Below, one piece after another: positions 40,760 to 50,020 of a DNA stretch of 64,000 nucleotides. The translations under genes were made by a program, and so were the position numbers. Location: NCBI GenBank assembly GCA_963799485.1, contig CAWCXJ010000013.1:64001-128000 (forward strand). Direction: 5' to 3'. The stretch is from an uncultured Trueperaceae bacterium (GTDB lineage Bacteria; Deinococcota; Deinococci; Deinococcales; Trueperaceae). The first letter of the stretch is position 1. Each line of letters opens with the position of its first letter. The notes beneath the pieces are model-generated. The model had not been told where the DNA came from, did not search any database, and saw only the letters and a list, made by a program, of their open reading frames with translations.

Positions 40760-41509
40760 CTAAAGGTTATAAACCTGCCGTGCGTTCGCGTCGAGGTGAG
40801 GCTCGAGTCCTGCTAGCTCAACACCGCGCAACTCGGCTAAAAACGCGGCGGTGTAACGCACATTTCCCGGCACGTTGCGCCGTCCGCGCCTGGGTTCCGG
40901 CGACAAATACGGGCTGTCGGTTTCGACGAGCAACCGGTCTTCGGGGATTTTTAGGGCGGCGGCTTGCAGGTTCTTGGCGCTTTTGTAGGTCAGGTTTCCG
41001 GCAAACGAAACGTGCCAGCCCAGCTCCAGGCCCGCGCGCAACAGTCCTTCGTGTGCGTTAAAGCAGTGCAAGATGCCCTGCGTGTGACCGGCTGCCAAGA
41101 GGGCGTCTCGAGCTGCAACTGACGCGGTTTCCTCACCTTGTTTGTCCCTGACGTGTAAAACGAGCGGTTTTTTGAGATGCTTGGCAAGCTCGGCGTGCCA
41201 GAAAAAGACTTCACGTTGCACCTCCAGAGCAACTTTGTCCCAATAGGTATCGAACCCGGTCTCGCCGATACCGACGACTTTGGGGTGCTCGGCGAGCTGT
41301 TCGATGGCGGCCCTAACTGCCGGGGTCGCCTCGTCTGCACTGTTCGGGTGAACGCCCAAAACCGCCCGGACGTTTTCGAAAGTTTGGGCCAGTTCCAAGG
41401 TGCGGCGGCAACTCGCCTCATCCGTACCGACGCTGACGATAGCGGCGAGGCCGGGGTCAACCGCGTCGGGTACATTACACGCGTCGAGGTGGCAGTGCGT
41501 ATCGATCAT
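40760..41509 (-). CDS. tatD: TatD-family hydrolase
   Basis: IDTHCH, GVHP, IGETG, HCF, ETDSPY. Confidence 0.92.
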   Translation of the reverse strand: MIDTHCHLDACNVPDAVDPGLAAIVSVGTDEASCRRTLELAQTFENVRAVLGVHPNSADEATPAVRAAIEQLAEHPKVVGIGETGFDTYWDKVALEVQREVFFWHAELAKHLKKPLVLHVRDKQGEETASVAARDALLAAGHTQGILHCFNAHEGLLRAGLELGWHVSFAGNLTYKSAKNLQAAALKIPEDRLLVETDSPYLSPEPRRGRRNVPGNVRYTAAFLAELRGVELAGLEPHLDANARQVYNL

Positions 41510-41604
41510 GCGCCCAAGCATAACGTGCTTACGCTGCGCTGACACACGCCCGCTAAACTTACCGCAAGTACGCCGCAAGCCGCATTTTTTACGCTATGAC
41601 TATG

Positions 41605-41741
41605 ACCTCGACCCCGACACCGCCCCCCCTCCGGCGTCTTTCCCCTCACCTTGTTCGGCCTTGCCGCCTTAAGCTGCGCTTAAGGTTCGGCCCGAATAGT
41701 GGAAGGCGAGGAGGCGTTTTGTGCGCTTGTCAAGTGCAGGT
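41605..41741 (+). ncRNA. Candidate structured RNA (long irregular hairpin with a large internal bubble)
   Basis: Manual pairing 41633-41718 with apical CCTTAAGC/GCTTAAGG; G-U pairs favour the + strand. Confidence 0.3.
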
Positions 41742-41747
41742 GACCCT

Positions 41748-42097
41748 ATGATCTACCGTTCACGTTATCTCGACCGCTTGTCGTTTTCGCCCCTGGGTTA
41801 TCGCCAGACGCGTCGTCCGCAATCCGCTACCCGCCCTCAGCCGACAGTGAACCGCACAGTGAACCGCATAATGAAGCCGGACGCGAAAGCTTCAGTGAGA
41901 CCTTGGAGGGAGCAGTAGCCGTACCTGCCCAGCCGGGTCAGCGCGCGCATCTCGGCGAGTGCGCCGTTTACCTCTCGAGCCGTGAACTCCGTGAGGTCGT
42001 CGCGCGTTGCGAAAAGACTATTACGAGTGGGCAGGCGCAGATCGAGGATTACGAGGCGTTTGTCATCTGTCAGCAAGAGCTGAGCAGTCGGCTGTAA
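41748..42097 (+). CDS. Hypothetical small protein, probably frameshifted
   Basis: The frame ending ..EDYEAFVICQQELSSRL* is open back to 41744 with no ATG; the ATG at 41748 is in another frame. Confidence 0.4.
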
Positions 42098-42117
42098 CTG
42101 AGGAGGTAAACTAACGG

Positions 42118-42741
42118 GTGATCCGTACAAGAACCTTTACCCTGTTTTTATGCTTGATTCTGGGCGTTTTATTAAACGCCTGCGCGCCCGGACTCAGCCG
42201 GGTTCCCAACGCCGCCGAGGGTGTTGCGTCGTGGTACGGCCCCGGTTTCGACGGTAAACAAACTGCTAGCGGCGAAGTATTTGATACCAGCAAACTAACG
42301 GCGGCGCACCGGACGCTGCCCTTTAATACCCTTTTGCGCGTGACGAACTTGGAAAATAACCGGGTCGTCGTCGTGCGGGTCAACGACCGGGGGCCGTTTG
42401 TCGGTGGACGCATCCTGGATTTATCGCTTGCGGCAGCAGAAAAGCTCGATATGGTGGGGAGCGGGACGGCAAGGGTGAGGCTCGAGCTGCTCTCCGAGAT
42501 GCCCGCTGCGAGCTGGCGTGTCGGCTTGTCGCCTGAGGTGGCAGGTTACGACGTCCTTTCAAGGCTTCACCGCCCCGGTGAGTTGCTGCTCCTTAAAAGT
42601 GCTGGACAGTCTGTGCTGCTCCGCGTCGTCGGCGGTTTGCCCGACGCCCTGGAAACCGACCTGCTCCTCTCCCGCCCGGTTTACGACGCGCTCGATTTAG
42701 GCGCGCTGACCGTCGAGCCGGTGTCGGTGGGGCAACCCTGA
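42118..42741 (+). CDS. rlpA: Septal ring lytic transglycosylase RlpA-family lipoprotein
   Basis: LNAC lipobox, ASWYG, TAAHRTLPF, VNDRGPF, DLS. Confidence 0.9.
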   Translation: MIRTRTFTLFLCLILGVLLNACAPGLSRVPNAAEGVASWYGPGFDGKQTASGEVFDTSKLTAAHRTLPFNTLLRVTNLENNRVVVVRVNDRGPFVGGRILDLSLAAAEKLDMVGSGTARVRLELLSEMPAASWRVGLSPEVAGYDVLSRLHRPGELLLLKSAGQSVLLRVVGGLPDALETDLLLSRPVYDALDLGALTVEPVSVGQP

Positions 42742-42818
42742 GAGCAATGAGTGCCGAGCAATGAGCAATGAGAGAAAAAGCTTTTCCTCGCTGCTCATTG
42801 CTTTTTAATCATTGTTCT
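42741..42818. repeat. GAGCAAT heptamer-based imperfect palindrome between convergent genes (likely bidirectional terminator)
   Basis: agagcaatga..gagcaatgagcaatgag / tgctcattgct..tcattgttct. Confidence 0.6.
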
Positions 42819-42822
42819 CAGC

Positions 42823-43617
42823 TCACTGCTGCTCTACATGTTTACGGCACGCCGCCGCAATCTCTCGGGCCAGTCCGCTCACGTCTTTGTCTGCGGCGAT
42901 GGCGCTAATTAGCGCCGACCCGACCACTACGCCGTCGGCAACGGCAGCGACCGGGCGGGCCGTGGCTGCGCTCGAGACCCCGAAGCCCACCACCACCGGC
43001 AATGAACTGACCTCTTTGATGCGCCGCACAAGTTCGGGAACCTCGTGCGGCAAGGCAGTCCGGGCACCCGTTACGCCCGTCACCGAGACTGCGTAGATAA
43101 AGCCCCGGCACGCAGCAGTGACGGTCTCGAGCCGCGCTTTAGTCGAAGTCGGCGCAACCAAGAAAACGGTATCGAAATCAAGCTCTCGAGCCGCCGGAAT
43201 CAAGGTTTCCGCCTCTTCCGGGGGCAAGTCGGGCAAGATTACGCCGTCCGCTCCGGCAGCTTGCAAAGCCCGTAAAAACCCGGCCTCACCTGTTTTATAG
43301 CAGTAAACCGGGTTGTAGTAGGTCATCAGTACAATCGCCTTGTCGCTCGTTTCGCGCAGTTTACCGATGAGCTCAAACGTCTTTTTTGTCGTCATTCCTT
43401 GCCGTAAAACCTGTTCGGACGAACGCTGAATGGTGGGGCCGTCACCCAACGGGTCGGAATAGGGGAGACCGACCTCGAGCACGTCGGCAACTTCCAGCAA
43501 GGTTTTAGCGTGGTCTAAAAACCTGGCTTCATCGGGAAACCCCGCCGTCAGATACGGAACGAACGCGGCCCGACCCTCTTTTTTCGCTTGTGCAAACGCC
43601 TTCTCAATTCTGCCCAC
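42823..43617 (-). CDS. trpA: Tryptophan synthase alpha chain
   Basis: [29 protein letters not shown]. Confidence 0.96.
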   Translation of the reverse strand: MGRIEKAFAQAKKEGRAAFVPYLTAGFPDEARFLDHAKTLLEVADVLEVGLPYSDPLGDGPTIQRSSEQVLRQGMTTKKTFELIGKLRETSDKAIVLMTYYNPVYCYKTGEAGFLRALQAAGADGVILPDLPPEEAETLIPAARELDFDTVFLVAPTSTKARLETVTAACRGFIYAVSVTGVTGARTALPHEVPELVRRIKEVSSLPVVVGFGVSSAATARPVAAVADGVVVGSALISAIAADKDVSGLAREIAAACRKHVEQQ

Positions 43618-44830
43618 GGGTCTCCTCCTGCATCTTCAACACACGCATCGCTTCCGAAACGTCTTTGTCACCGCGCCCGGAGAGGTTGACGACGATGATC
43701 TCTTCGGGTTTCATCTCGGGTGCGAGGTTTACGGCGTAGGAGACGGCGTGCGCGGTCTCGAGGGCGGGAATAATCCCTTCAATCCGGCTCAGCAGCCCGA
43801 ACGCTTCTAAAGCTTGCGCGTCGTCTACACCGATGTATTCAGCAATCCCGGCGTCCGCATAATAAGAGTGTTCCGGCCCGACGCCCGGATAATCGAGGCC
43901 TGCCGACACCGAGTGCGCCGGGGTAATCTGCCCGTCGTCGTCCGACATCAGGTACATCAGTGCGCCGTGCAGCACGCCCTTTTTGCCTGCGGTGATGCTC
44001 GCGGCGTGTGCGCCCGAAGCCATTCCGTGACCTGCTGCTTCGACGCCAACCATCCGGGGACGCTCGTTTTCCGGCAAGTACGCATAAGGCGCAAACAGCC
44101 CAATCGCATTTGAACCGCCGCCCACACACGCGACGATAGCGTTGGGGATACGGCGACCTTCAAGTTCTTCTAGTTGCGCCATCGTCTCAAAGCCGATCAC
44201 ACTCTGAAAATCGCGTACCATCATCGGATATGGGTGCGGCCCGACAACCGAACCGATGATATAAAACGTATCGCGCACGTTCGTCACCCAATCGCGGATG
44301 GCCTCGTTCGTGGCATCTTTAAGCGTTTTGGTGCCGCTCGTAACTTCGCGTACCTCGGCACCTAAAAGTCTCATCCGAAAGACGTTTAGAGCTTGCCGCC
44401 GAATATCCTCTGCGCCCATGTAGACGACGCAACTCAGACCGAATAGCGCCGCCGCCGTCGCCGTCGCTACGCCGTGCTGACCCGCGCCGGTCTCGGCAAT
44501 GACGCGCTCTTTGCCCATCCGTTTGGCTAACAGCGCCTGCCCGATGGTGTTGTTGATTTTGTGTGCGCCGGTGTGGTTCAGGTCTTCACGCTTCAGGTAA
44601 ATCTTCGCGCCGCCCGCGTGCCGCGTTAGGTTTTGGGCTAGGTAGAGCACGCTGGGCCGTCCGACAAACGTCTTCAGGTAAAACTCGAAGGTTTTCTTGA
44701 ATTCAGGGTCAGCCATCGCCCCCAAATAGGCGGCGGTAAGGTCGTCGAGCGCCGGAATCAGCGTTTCGGGGACGAAGCGTCCGCCGTATTCGCCGAAACG
44801 CCCTCGAGCGTTAGGTAGTGGAAAAAGCAT
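43604..44830 (-). CDS. trpB: Tryptophan synthase beta chain
   Basis: [32 protein letters not shown]. Confidence 0.97.
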   Translation of the reverse strand: MLFPLPNARGRFGEYGGRFVPETLIPALDDLTAAYLGAMADPEFKKTFEFYLKTFVGRPSVLYLAQNLTRHAGGAKIYLKREDLNHTGAHKINNTIGQALLAKRMGKERVIAETGAGQHGVATATAAALFGLSCVVYMGAEDIRRQALNVFRMRLLGAEVREVTSGTKTLKDATNEAIRDWVTNVRDTFYIIGSVVGPHPYPMMVRDFQSVIGFETMAQLEELEGRRIPNAIVACVGGGSNAIGLFAPYAYLPENERPRMVGVEAAGHGMASGAHAASITAGKKGVLHGALMYLMSDDDGQITPAHSVSAGLDYPGVGPEHSYYADAGIAEYIGVDDAQALEAFGLLSRIEGIIPALETAHAVSYAVNLAPEMKPEEIIVVNLSGRGDKDVSEAMRVLKMQEETRGQN

Positions 44831-44884
44831 AGAGCCTCCGAAGATTAGACTAGATTTTTAGTTAAGGGAAAGGTCAGAACAAGA

Positions 44885-44983
44885 TTAAGGACGCCACCAG
44901 CGTTGGTGGTGCCATTTGAAGCTGCGCGGGGTACGGCTTCGCTTGGGTAGCGAGCGGGTACAAATGCGCGAATGAGACTTCAT
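44885..44983 (-). CDS. trpL: trp leader peptide MKSHSRICTRSLPKRSRTPRSFKWHHQRWWRP
   Basis: 32-aa uORF with three Trp codons (tandem WW near the end), 54 nt upstream of trpB; TAGACT 6 nt before its ATG. Confidence 0.75.
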   Translation of the reverse strand: MKSHSRICTRSLPKRSRTPRSFKWHHQRWWRP

Positions 44984-45043
44984 AAAAAGAGTCTAAGCGA
45001 AAACTTAACAGATTGCTAGCTTTGAGTGCTTACAAATTGGATG

Positions 45044-45613
45044 CTAAGAACGAAACTTCCTTGCATCCGTCAGCAACCATTCCAGCATGTCCCAGTTGTT
45101 AAGCCTGGTAGTTTCGTTTCCCGTGCTTTTTCTAACTTCAAGTAAAAATGCACCTAACAGAGCCATGATATCTTTAGCTTTCATCTCGTTGCTGGTACTA
45201 ATTTGCTGTTCTTGTTGATAAAAATACTGCATTAGGTTGTTGTACGCTCTTACAACTTCATCGGAGCCGACCAACGATAAACGGAAAGCTTGTTTACGAT
45301 AATCTAGTGAGAGTAGTTTTTCGGCTGCATAGTCGCTTTTGTCTACATCAACCGCTTTTCCTTTGCCAGCTTTTTCTCTTCTGATTTTCAGCTCTACTTC
45401 CCAAGCTTTATCAGACATGAGTAAGAGAATAAATGGCTCGAGTATTTGGTTGTAAGCTTCGATCCTGTCTTCGCGTAGCTTGTCTTCTAAAACGAGCCTT
45501 CTTTCAATACGTGACCGAATTTGCCAACCTAGTCCAGTAAGGACAAGTACAAGAATCGGTGTAGCAATTGCGCCGATTGCAGTTAGGTAATCAAGCCAGC
45601 TAGGCTGTCCCAT
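45044..45613 (-). CDS. Hypothetical low-GC protein with an N-terminal TM anchor
   Basis: MGQPSWLDYLTAIGAIATPILVLVL..; clearly AT-rich relative to its flanks. Confidence 0.75.
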   Translation of the reverse strand: MGQPSWLDYLTAIGAIATPILVLVLTGLGWQIRSRIERRLVLEDKLREDRIEAYNQILEPFILLLMSDKAWEVELKIRREKAGKGKAVDVDKSDYAAEKLLSLDYRKQAFRLSLVGSDEVVRAYNNLMQYFYQQEQQISTSNEMKAKDIMALLGAFLLEVRKSTGNETTRLNNWDMLEWLLTDARKFRS

Positions 45614-45614
45614 G

Positions 45615-45824
45615 CTAAGGAATCTGAAAGTGCTGCCACGCTTCGTCTTCTTCTTGACGCTCCCAACCTTCAGCAAGCGCCGCTTCGCTGAGGAGCGCCG
45701 TATCGTCTGCACTTTCGGCCTCGAGTACCGTCACCAGTGCGCGGGCAGGGTGAGACAGCTTGAGTGGTTCCAAGAGCCGAATCTGTCCGTTTTCGTCGAT
45801 GACAGCTTCTACCGTTTTATGCAT
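45615..45824 (-). CDS. Small antitoxin-like protein
   Basis: TVEAVIDENGQIRLLEP..RALVTVL..ALLSEAALAEGW..EEDEAW; recalled resemblance to antitoxins upstream of PemK/MazF toxins. Confidence 0.6.
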   Translation of the reverse strand: MHKTVEAVIDENGQIRLLEPLKLSHPARALVTVLEAESADDTALLSEAALAEGWERQEEDEAWQHFQIP

Positions 45825-45827
45825 CTG

Positions 45828-45991
45828 CTATTCTCCTTCTCTAAAAACTTCTTTTTCTCTAAAAACTTCTTTCAGCGGCAAAACCCAGACCGGAACGACC
45901 TCTTCACCCTCGAGCCTGCCCTCCCCCGAATCATTCGGATACTGTCCAAGCTCCGGTAAACCGTCGTCGTGCGCGTCTGCGGGTTAGGCAT
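45828..45991 (-). pseudogene. C-terminal remnant of a Uma2 (DUF820) endonuclease
   Basis: NPQTRTTTVYRSLDSIRMI / frameshift / GEGRLEGEEVVPVWVLPLKEVF; 18-bp duplication at the 3' end. Confidence 0.6.
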
Positions 45992-46032
45992 AACGCCCTG
46001 AGTCAGGCGGTTTCTGCAAGCCGGGCTTGACT

Positions 46033-46467
46033 TTACGCGAGGCCCGTCTGTTCGCGCACCTGCCGCTTGAGCCGACCCATAATCGCCGTCATTCCGCGCA
46101 GCCGTAAGGGGGAGATGACCTCGCCGAGTTTGAGGTCTTCGTAAAAGTTGTCGGGTGTTCTCAGCACCTCGTCGGGGGAGAGGCCGTTCAAGCCTTCGGA
46201 TAAAACCCCGGCAAAACCGCGTGTGGTCGGCGCTTCGGGCGGCGCGTCGAAAAAAAACCGGACGTGTTCGTTTTCGATTTCGGTGGCGATAAAAAAAGGC
46301 GTCTGGCATTCGTGGACACGCTCAAGGTCTCCGTTTGCAAAATTTTCGGGTAGCGGTGGGACTTTTTTGGAATACTCGAGTAGTAGCTGGAGCCGGAGCT
46401 GTTTGGGAGCGCTTTGAAAGGTCTGGACAATCGTCTGTAGCTTTTCGGGAACTGTGGTTTGACTCAT
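46033..46467 (-). CDS. sufE: SufE-family Fe-S assembly protein
   Basis: VHECQTP, EAPTTRGFAG, SPLRLRGM. Confidence 0.9.
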   Translation of the reverse strand: MSQTTVPEKLQTIVQTFQSAPKQLRLQLLLEYSKKVPPLPENFANGDLERVHECQTPFFIATEIENEHVRFFFDAPPEAPTTRGFAGVLSEGLNGLSPDEVLRTPDNFYEDLKLGEVISPLRLRGMTAIMGRLKRQVREQTGLA

Positions 46468-46551
46468 GCCCTACTATAAAACCGCTCTCCTGGCCTTTAC
46501 GTGCCGTGCGCGGCAAAATCTCGACGGGAGGTGGGTGGTATTCTGGCCCCT

Positions 46552-47832
46552 ATGCAGGTTTTTCCGGACACCCTTCCCATTTTACCAAAACCCCCTATCG
46601 ACGCGTCGCTCGAAGTTCCCGGTTCAAAAAGCTTGACGAACCGCGCGCTGGCGGTTGCCGCACTAGCCGACGGCATCACGACCCTGAGCGGTTGTTTAAT
46701 AGCCGAAGACAGCGCGGTGATGATGACGGCGCTGCAAAAGCTGGGGCTCGAGGTCACGGCTCGCGGCACCACCGTGACCGTTTCCGGGCGTGGCGGAGAG
46801 ATACCCGCACGCGCGGCGCAGCTCGATTTGCGGCTTTCCGGTACCTCGATTCGTTTTTTGACGGCGCTCGTCGCGCTGGGCGAGGGCCGATACGTTTTGG
46901 ACGGTAACGCGCGGATGCGTGAGCGGCCGATTCAGGATTTGCTCAGTGCGCTTTCGGCGCTCGGCGTCCGGGCACAGACGCAGTTTGAAACAGGTTGTCC
47001 GCCGGTCGTCGTCGAAGCCGCCGGAATACGTGGCGGCGACACAGAGGTTTCCGGGAACAGTTCGTCGCAGTATCTGTCGGCGCTCCTCATGGCGGCCCCT
47101 TACGCGGCGGAGCCCGTAACGCTTTTGGTCACGGGCGAGTTGCAATCAAAACCCTTCATCGACATGACCTTGAAATTGATGGCGGACTTTGGCGTAACGG
47201 TTGAGCGCGAAGGTTATACCCGTTTTACGGTGCCGACGGGCGTCTACACGGCCCGCACTTTTGAGGTTGAAGGGGACGCGATGGCGGCGGGTTACCTCTG
47301 GGCGGCGGCAGCGATTACGGGTGGGCGTGTCCGGGTAGAGAACGTCGGTAGGGGGTCGGTGCAGGGCGACAAACGCCTTGCCGACGTGCTCGGGCAGATG
47401 GGGTGCCGCGTCACCTGGACGGACGAGAGCTGTGAAGTCGCCCGGCCCGAAACTCTGCGCGGCGGCACCTTCGACCTCAACAGTATGAGCGACCAGGCGC
47501 AGACGCTCGCGGTCGTCGCGCTTTTTGCCGACAGTCCGACTCGCATCGAAAACGTCTGGAACTTGCGGCTTAAAGAAACCGACCGCTTGAAGGCGCTCGC
47601 TACAGAACTCACCAAGCTCGGCGCGCGGGTCGAAGAAGGCCATGACTTTCTGGTCGTCTATCCTCTCGCTGCCGAGGCTGCCAGGCCCGCGCGAATCGAT
47701 ACTTACGGCGACCACCGTATGGCGATGGCGTTTGCGCTTGCCGGACTTCGGCTGCCCGGTGTGGTTATCCGCGACCCGGCTTGCGTCACCAAGACGTTTC
47801 CCGAGTACTTTCAGGTTTTGGCGTCGTTGTGA
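46552..47832 (+). CDS. aroA: 3-phosphoshikimate 1-carboxyvinyltransferase
   Basis: PGSKSLTNR, SSQYLSALL, KETDR, DHRMAM, KTFP. Confidence 0.96.
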   Translation: MQVFPDTLPILPKPPIDASLEVPGSKSLTNRALAVAALADGITTLSGCLIAEDSAVMMTALQKLGLEVTARGTTVTVSGRGGEIPARAAQLDLRLSGTSIRFLTALVALGEGRYVLDGNARMRERPIQDLLSALSALGVRAQTQFETGCPPVVVEAAGIRGGDTEVSGNSSSQYLSALLMAAPYAAEPVTLLVTGELQSKPFIDMTLKLMADFGVTVEREGYTRFTVPTGVYTARTFEVEGDAMAAGYLWAAAAITGGRVRVENVGRGSVQGDKRLADVLGQMGCRVTWTDESCEVARPETLRGGTFDLNSMSDQAQTLAVVALFADSPTRIENVWNLRLKETDRLKALATELTKLGARVEEGHDFLVVYPLAAEAARPARIDTYGDHRMAMAFALAGLRLPGVVIRDPACVTKTFPEYFQVLASL

Positions 47833-47869
47833 CCTCTATATGATTCCCCTGCCCGCTATGATGCTTGAT

Positions 47870-48517
47870 GTGGAAACCGCCGCGCAGGTCATTACCCTGG
47901 ACGGCCCCGCCGCGTCGGGTAAATCGAGCGTGGCGCGGCTGGTCGCCGAGGCGCTCGGAGTGCCGCACGTCTCGAGTGGCCTCCTTTACCGGGCGGCAAC
48001 GTATCTGGCTCAGTCGGGCGGCGTTCCCCTTACCGACGAGGCGGGAATTGTAGAACTTCTCGGCAGCTTGAGAGTAGGGCTCGAGACCCGCATCGGCCTG
48101 CCCAACCGCGTCACGGTCGGTGGGGACGTTTTGCCTAACGAACGCCTTCACAGCGACGCCGTGGACGCCGGCGTCTCCGAGGTCGCGCGGCAGCCGCAAG
48201 TACGGGCCTGGGTCGACGCACGGCTCCGCGAACTTACCGGCAAGTTCGTCGTCGAAGGGCGCGATATGGGGACGGCGGTCTTTCCGGACGCGGCGCACAA
48301 GTTTTATCTCGACGCACCCGCCGAGGTGCGGGCAGCGCGGCGCACGGGGGAGCGGCGCGCCGACCTCGCGGGCGTCGCCGAGGCGCTCAGACGCCGCGAC
48401 GCGCTCGACGCGGTTCAGCTCCGTCCGGCGGGTGACGCGCGGCATATCGATACGGGCGGCCTCGACCTGAGGGGAGTCGTCGCGGAAGTTTTACGGGCGC
48501 TCGGTGAAAGCCGCTGA
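47870..48517 (+). CDS. cmk: Cytidylate kinase
   Basis: DGPAASGKS, SGLLYRA, EGRDMGT.VFP; start 47858 or 47870. Confidence 0.93.
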   Translation: METAAQVITLDGPAASGKSSVARLVAEALGVPHVSSGLLYRAATYLAQSGGVPLTDEAGIVELLGSLRVGLETRIGLPNRVTVGGDVLPNERLHSDAVDAGVSEVARQPQVRAWVDARLRELTGKFVVEGRDMGTAVFPDAAHKFYLDAPAEVRAARRTGERRADLAGVAEALRRRDALDAVQLRPAGDARHIDTGGLDLRGVVAEVLRALGESR

Positions 48518-49395
48518 TGGCGGGGTTTTCGCTTTCGGCGTGCGACCTTCGCCGCGTGATTGTTACGAGCAGCCGCTACAAACCGCAAGCGCACGTGCTC
48601 GTTTCCGAAACGGCGGCGCAGCTCCGCGACTGCGGCGCGACCGTCGTCGAGGACGCGGACGGCACGCTGCACCTCGCCGATATCGAAGCCGACCTGGTGA
48701 TCGTCATCGGGGGCGACGGCACGCTGCTGTCGGCGGCGCGGCGGCTCGTCGGCAGCCGTACCCCGACGCTGGGCGTCAACCTCGGCAAGCTCGGGTTTTT
48801 GGCCGAACACAGCGTCGCCGACTTGCGCGCATATCTGGCAGGCGAAGATGTCAACGGCTGGCAACTCAACCCCAAGATGATGCTCGAGGCGACTCTCGCC
48901 GCCAACGCGAACGGGGATGAGGCGCACACCTATTACGCCTTAAACGAAGTGACCATCGCCCAGGGTGTCATGACCCGGCTGATTCACATCGATATGGACG
49001 TCAACGGGGCGCACGCCTCGCAGTACCGCGCCGACGGCCTGATCATCTCGACGCCGGTCGGTTCGACCTCGTATTCGCTGTCGCTCGGCGGGCCGATCTT
49101 GAGTCAGGGGCTGCGGGCTTTTGTCGTCACGCCGTACGCGCCGCACGCGCTGACAAACCGCCCGATTGTCCTCGAGGGCTCGTCGCAGGTGGGCTTCCGG
49201 GTCTCGAGCCCGGTCGACGAACTCGCGCTTATCGTCGATTCACACGAGCGCTATCCGTTACGCCCCGGCGACCGTTTTACGGTGTGCGCCGCGCCTACCG
49301 ACTTTATGCTGATCTCGTCGGGCAAACGCAGCTACTTCGATATCTTGCGTACCAAACTCGGTTGGGGCAGCTCGCCGCAGCTGAGCGAAGTTTGA
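48517..49395 (+). CDS. nadK: NAD(+) kinase
   Basis: GGDGTLL, GKLGFL, ALNE, DGLIISTPVGSTSY. Confidence 0.95.
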   Translation: MAGFSLSACDLRRVIVTSSRYKPQAHVLVSETAAQLRDCGATVVEDADGTLHLADIEADLVIVIGGDGTLLSAARRLVGSRTPTLGVNLGKLGFLAEHSVADLRAYLAGEDVNGWQLNPKMMLEATLAANANGDEAHTYYALNEVTIAQGVMTRLIHIDMDVNGAHASQYRADGLIISTPVGSTSYSLSLGGPILSQGLRAFVVTPYAPHALTNRPIVLEGSSQVGFRVSSPVDELALIVDSHERYPLRPGDRFTVCAAPTDFMLISSGKRSYFDILRTKLGWGSSPQLSEV

Positions 49396-49407
49396 GCGGC
49401 CCTGCTT

Positions 49408-49962
49408 TTAGAACCCTACGAACGGCAGGCTCAAACCCACCCGCACGCGCGGGCTCAAGCGCCCTTCTTGTAAAGCGTCACCTGCCGGCCAGAGGTAATC
49501 CGTTCCGGCCTCGGCAAACGCACTGATGAGCGAAAAGCCGATCACACCAAGGCGAAAATCTGCTCCGGCGACCCCACCTACGCCGAGATACGCGCCGGGG
49601 TCGGTACCGTCTAAAAACAGCGTGGAGTTGATCAGCCGGTAGCGCGGCCCTGCACCCGCGTAGAGCGCAGCGTTCGCGCTTGCCAAGAAGGTGCCCACAC
49701 CGCCCCGCAGCGTGTAGGTTACGTCGGCAAACCCGTCTATGTTCAGCTCACGGTCGAGTAGTAGCGGCAGCGGATAGACCGACGCCCCGACCCGCAACCC
49801 GACGCGGCGGGCAAAGAGGTTTTCAGGGCCGAGCTCGAGACTCAGGGGAACCCGCGCCAACGTGTTTAGGAGTGCAGGTGCACCATCTCCCAAGACCTGC
49901 GCTTTAGCCGGAAAGCCCGTAAAATAGAGTAGTACGGTGAACAAGATGCCGTAACGTTTCAT
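49408..49962 (-). CDS. Hypothetical exported beta-barrel-like protein
   Basis: GGAGG RBS, signal peptide, alternating beta pattern, terminal Phe. Confidence 0.6.
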   Translation of the reverse strand: MKRYGILFTVLLYFTGFPAKAQVLGDGAPALLNTLARVPLSLELGPENLFARRVGLRVGASVYPLPLLLDRELNIDGFADVTYTLRGGVGTFLASANAALYAGAGPRYRLINSTLFLDGTDPGAYLGVGGVAGADFRLGVIGFSLISAFAEAGTDYLWPAGDALQEGRLSPRVRVGLSLPFVGF

Positions 49963-50020
49963 CCAAACCTCCGGGGTTCAGCTTAAAAACCCAAGCTTAA
50001 CGCCCGCTGAGCAGCGCCTG

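Noticed and set aside
45612..45712. N-terminal extension of the low-GC gene to 45712
   Set aside because: It overlaps the antitoxin-like gene; the composition shift and TM anchor support the ATG at 45613.
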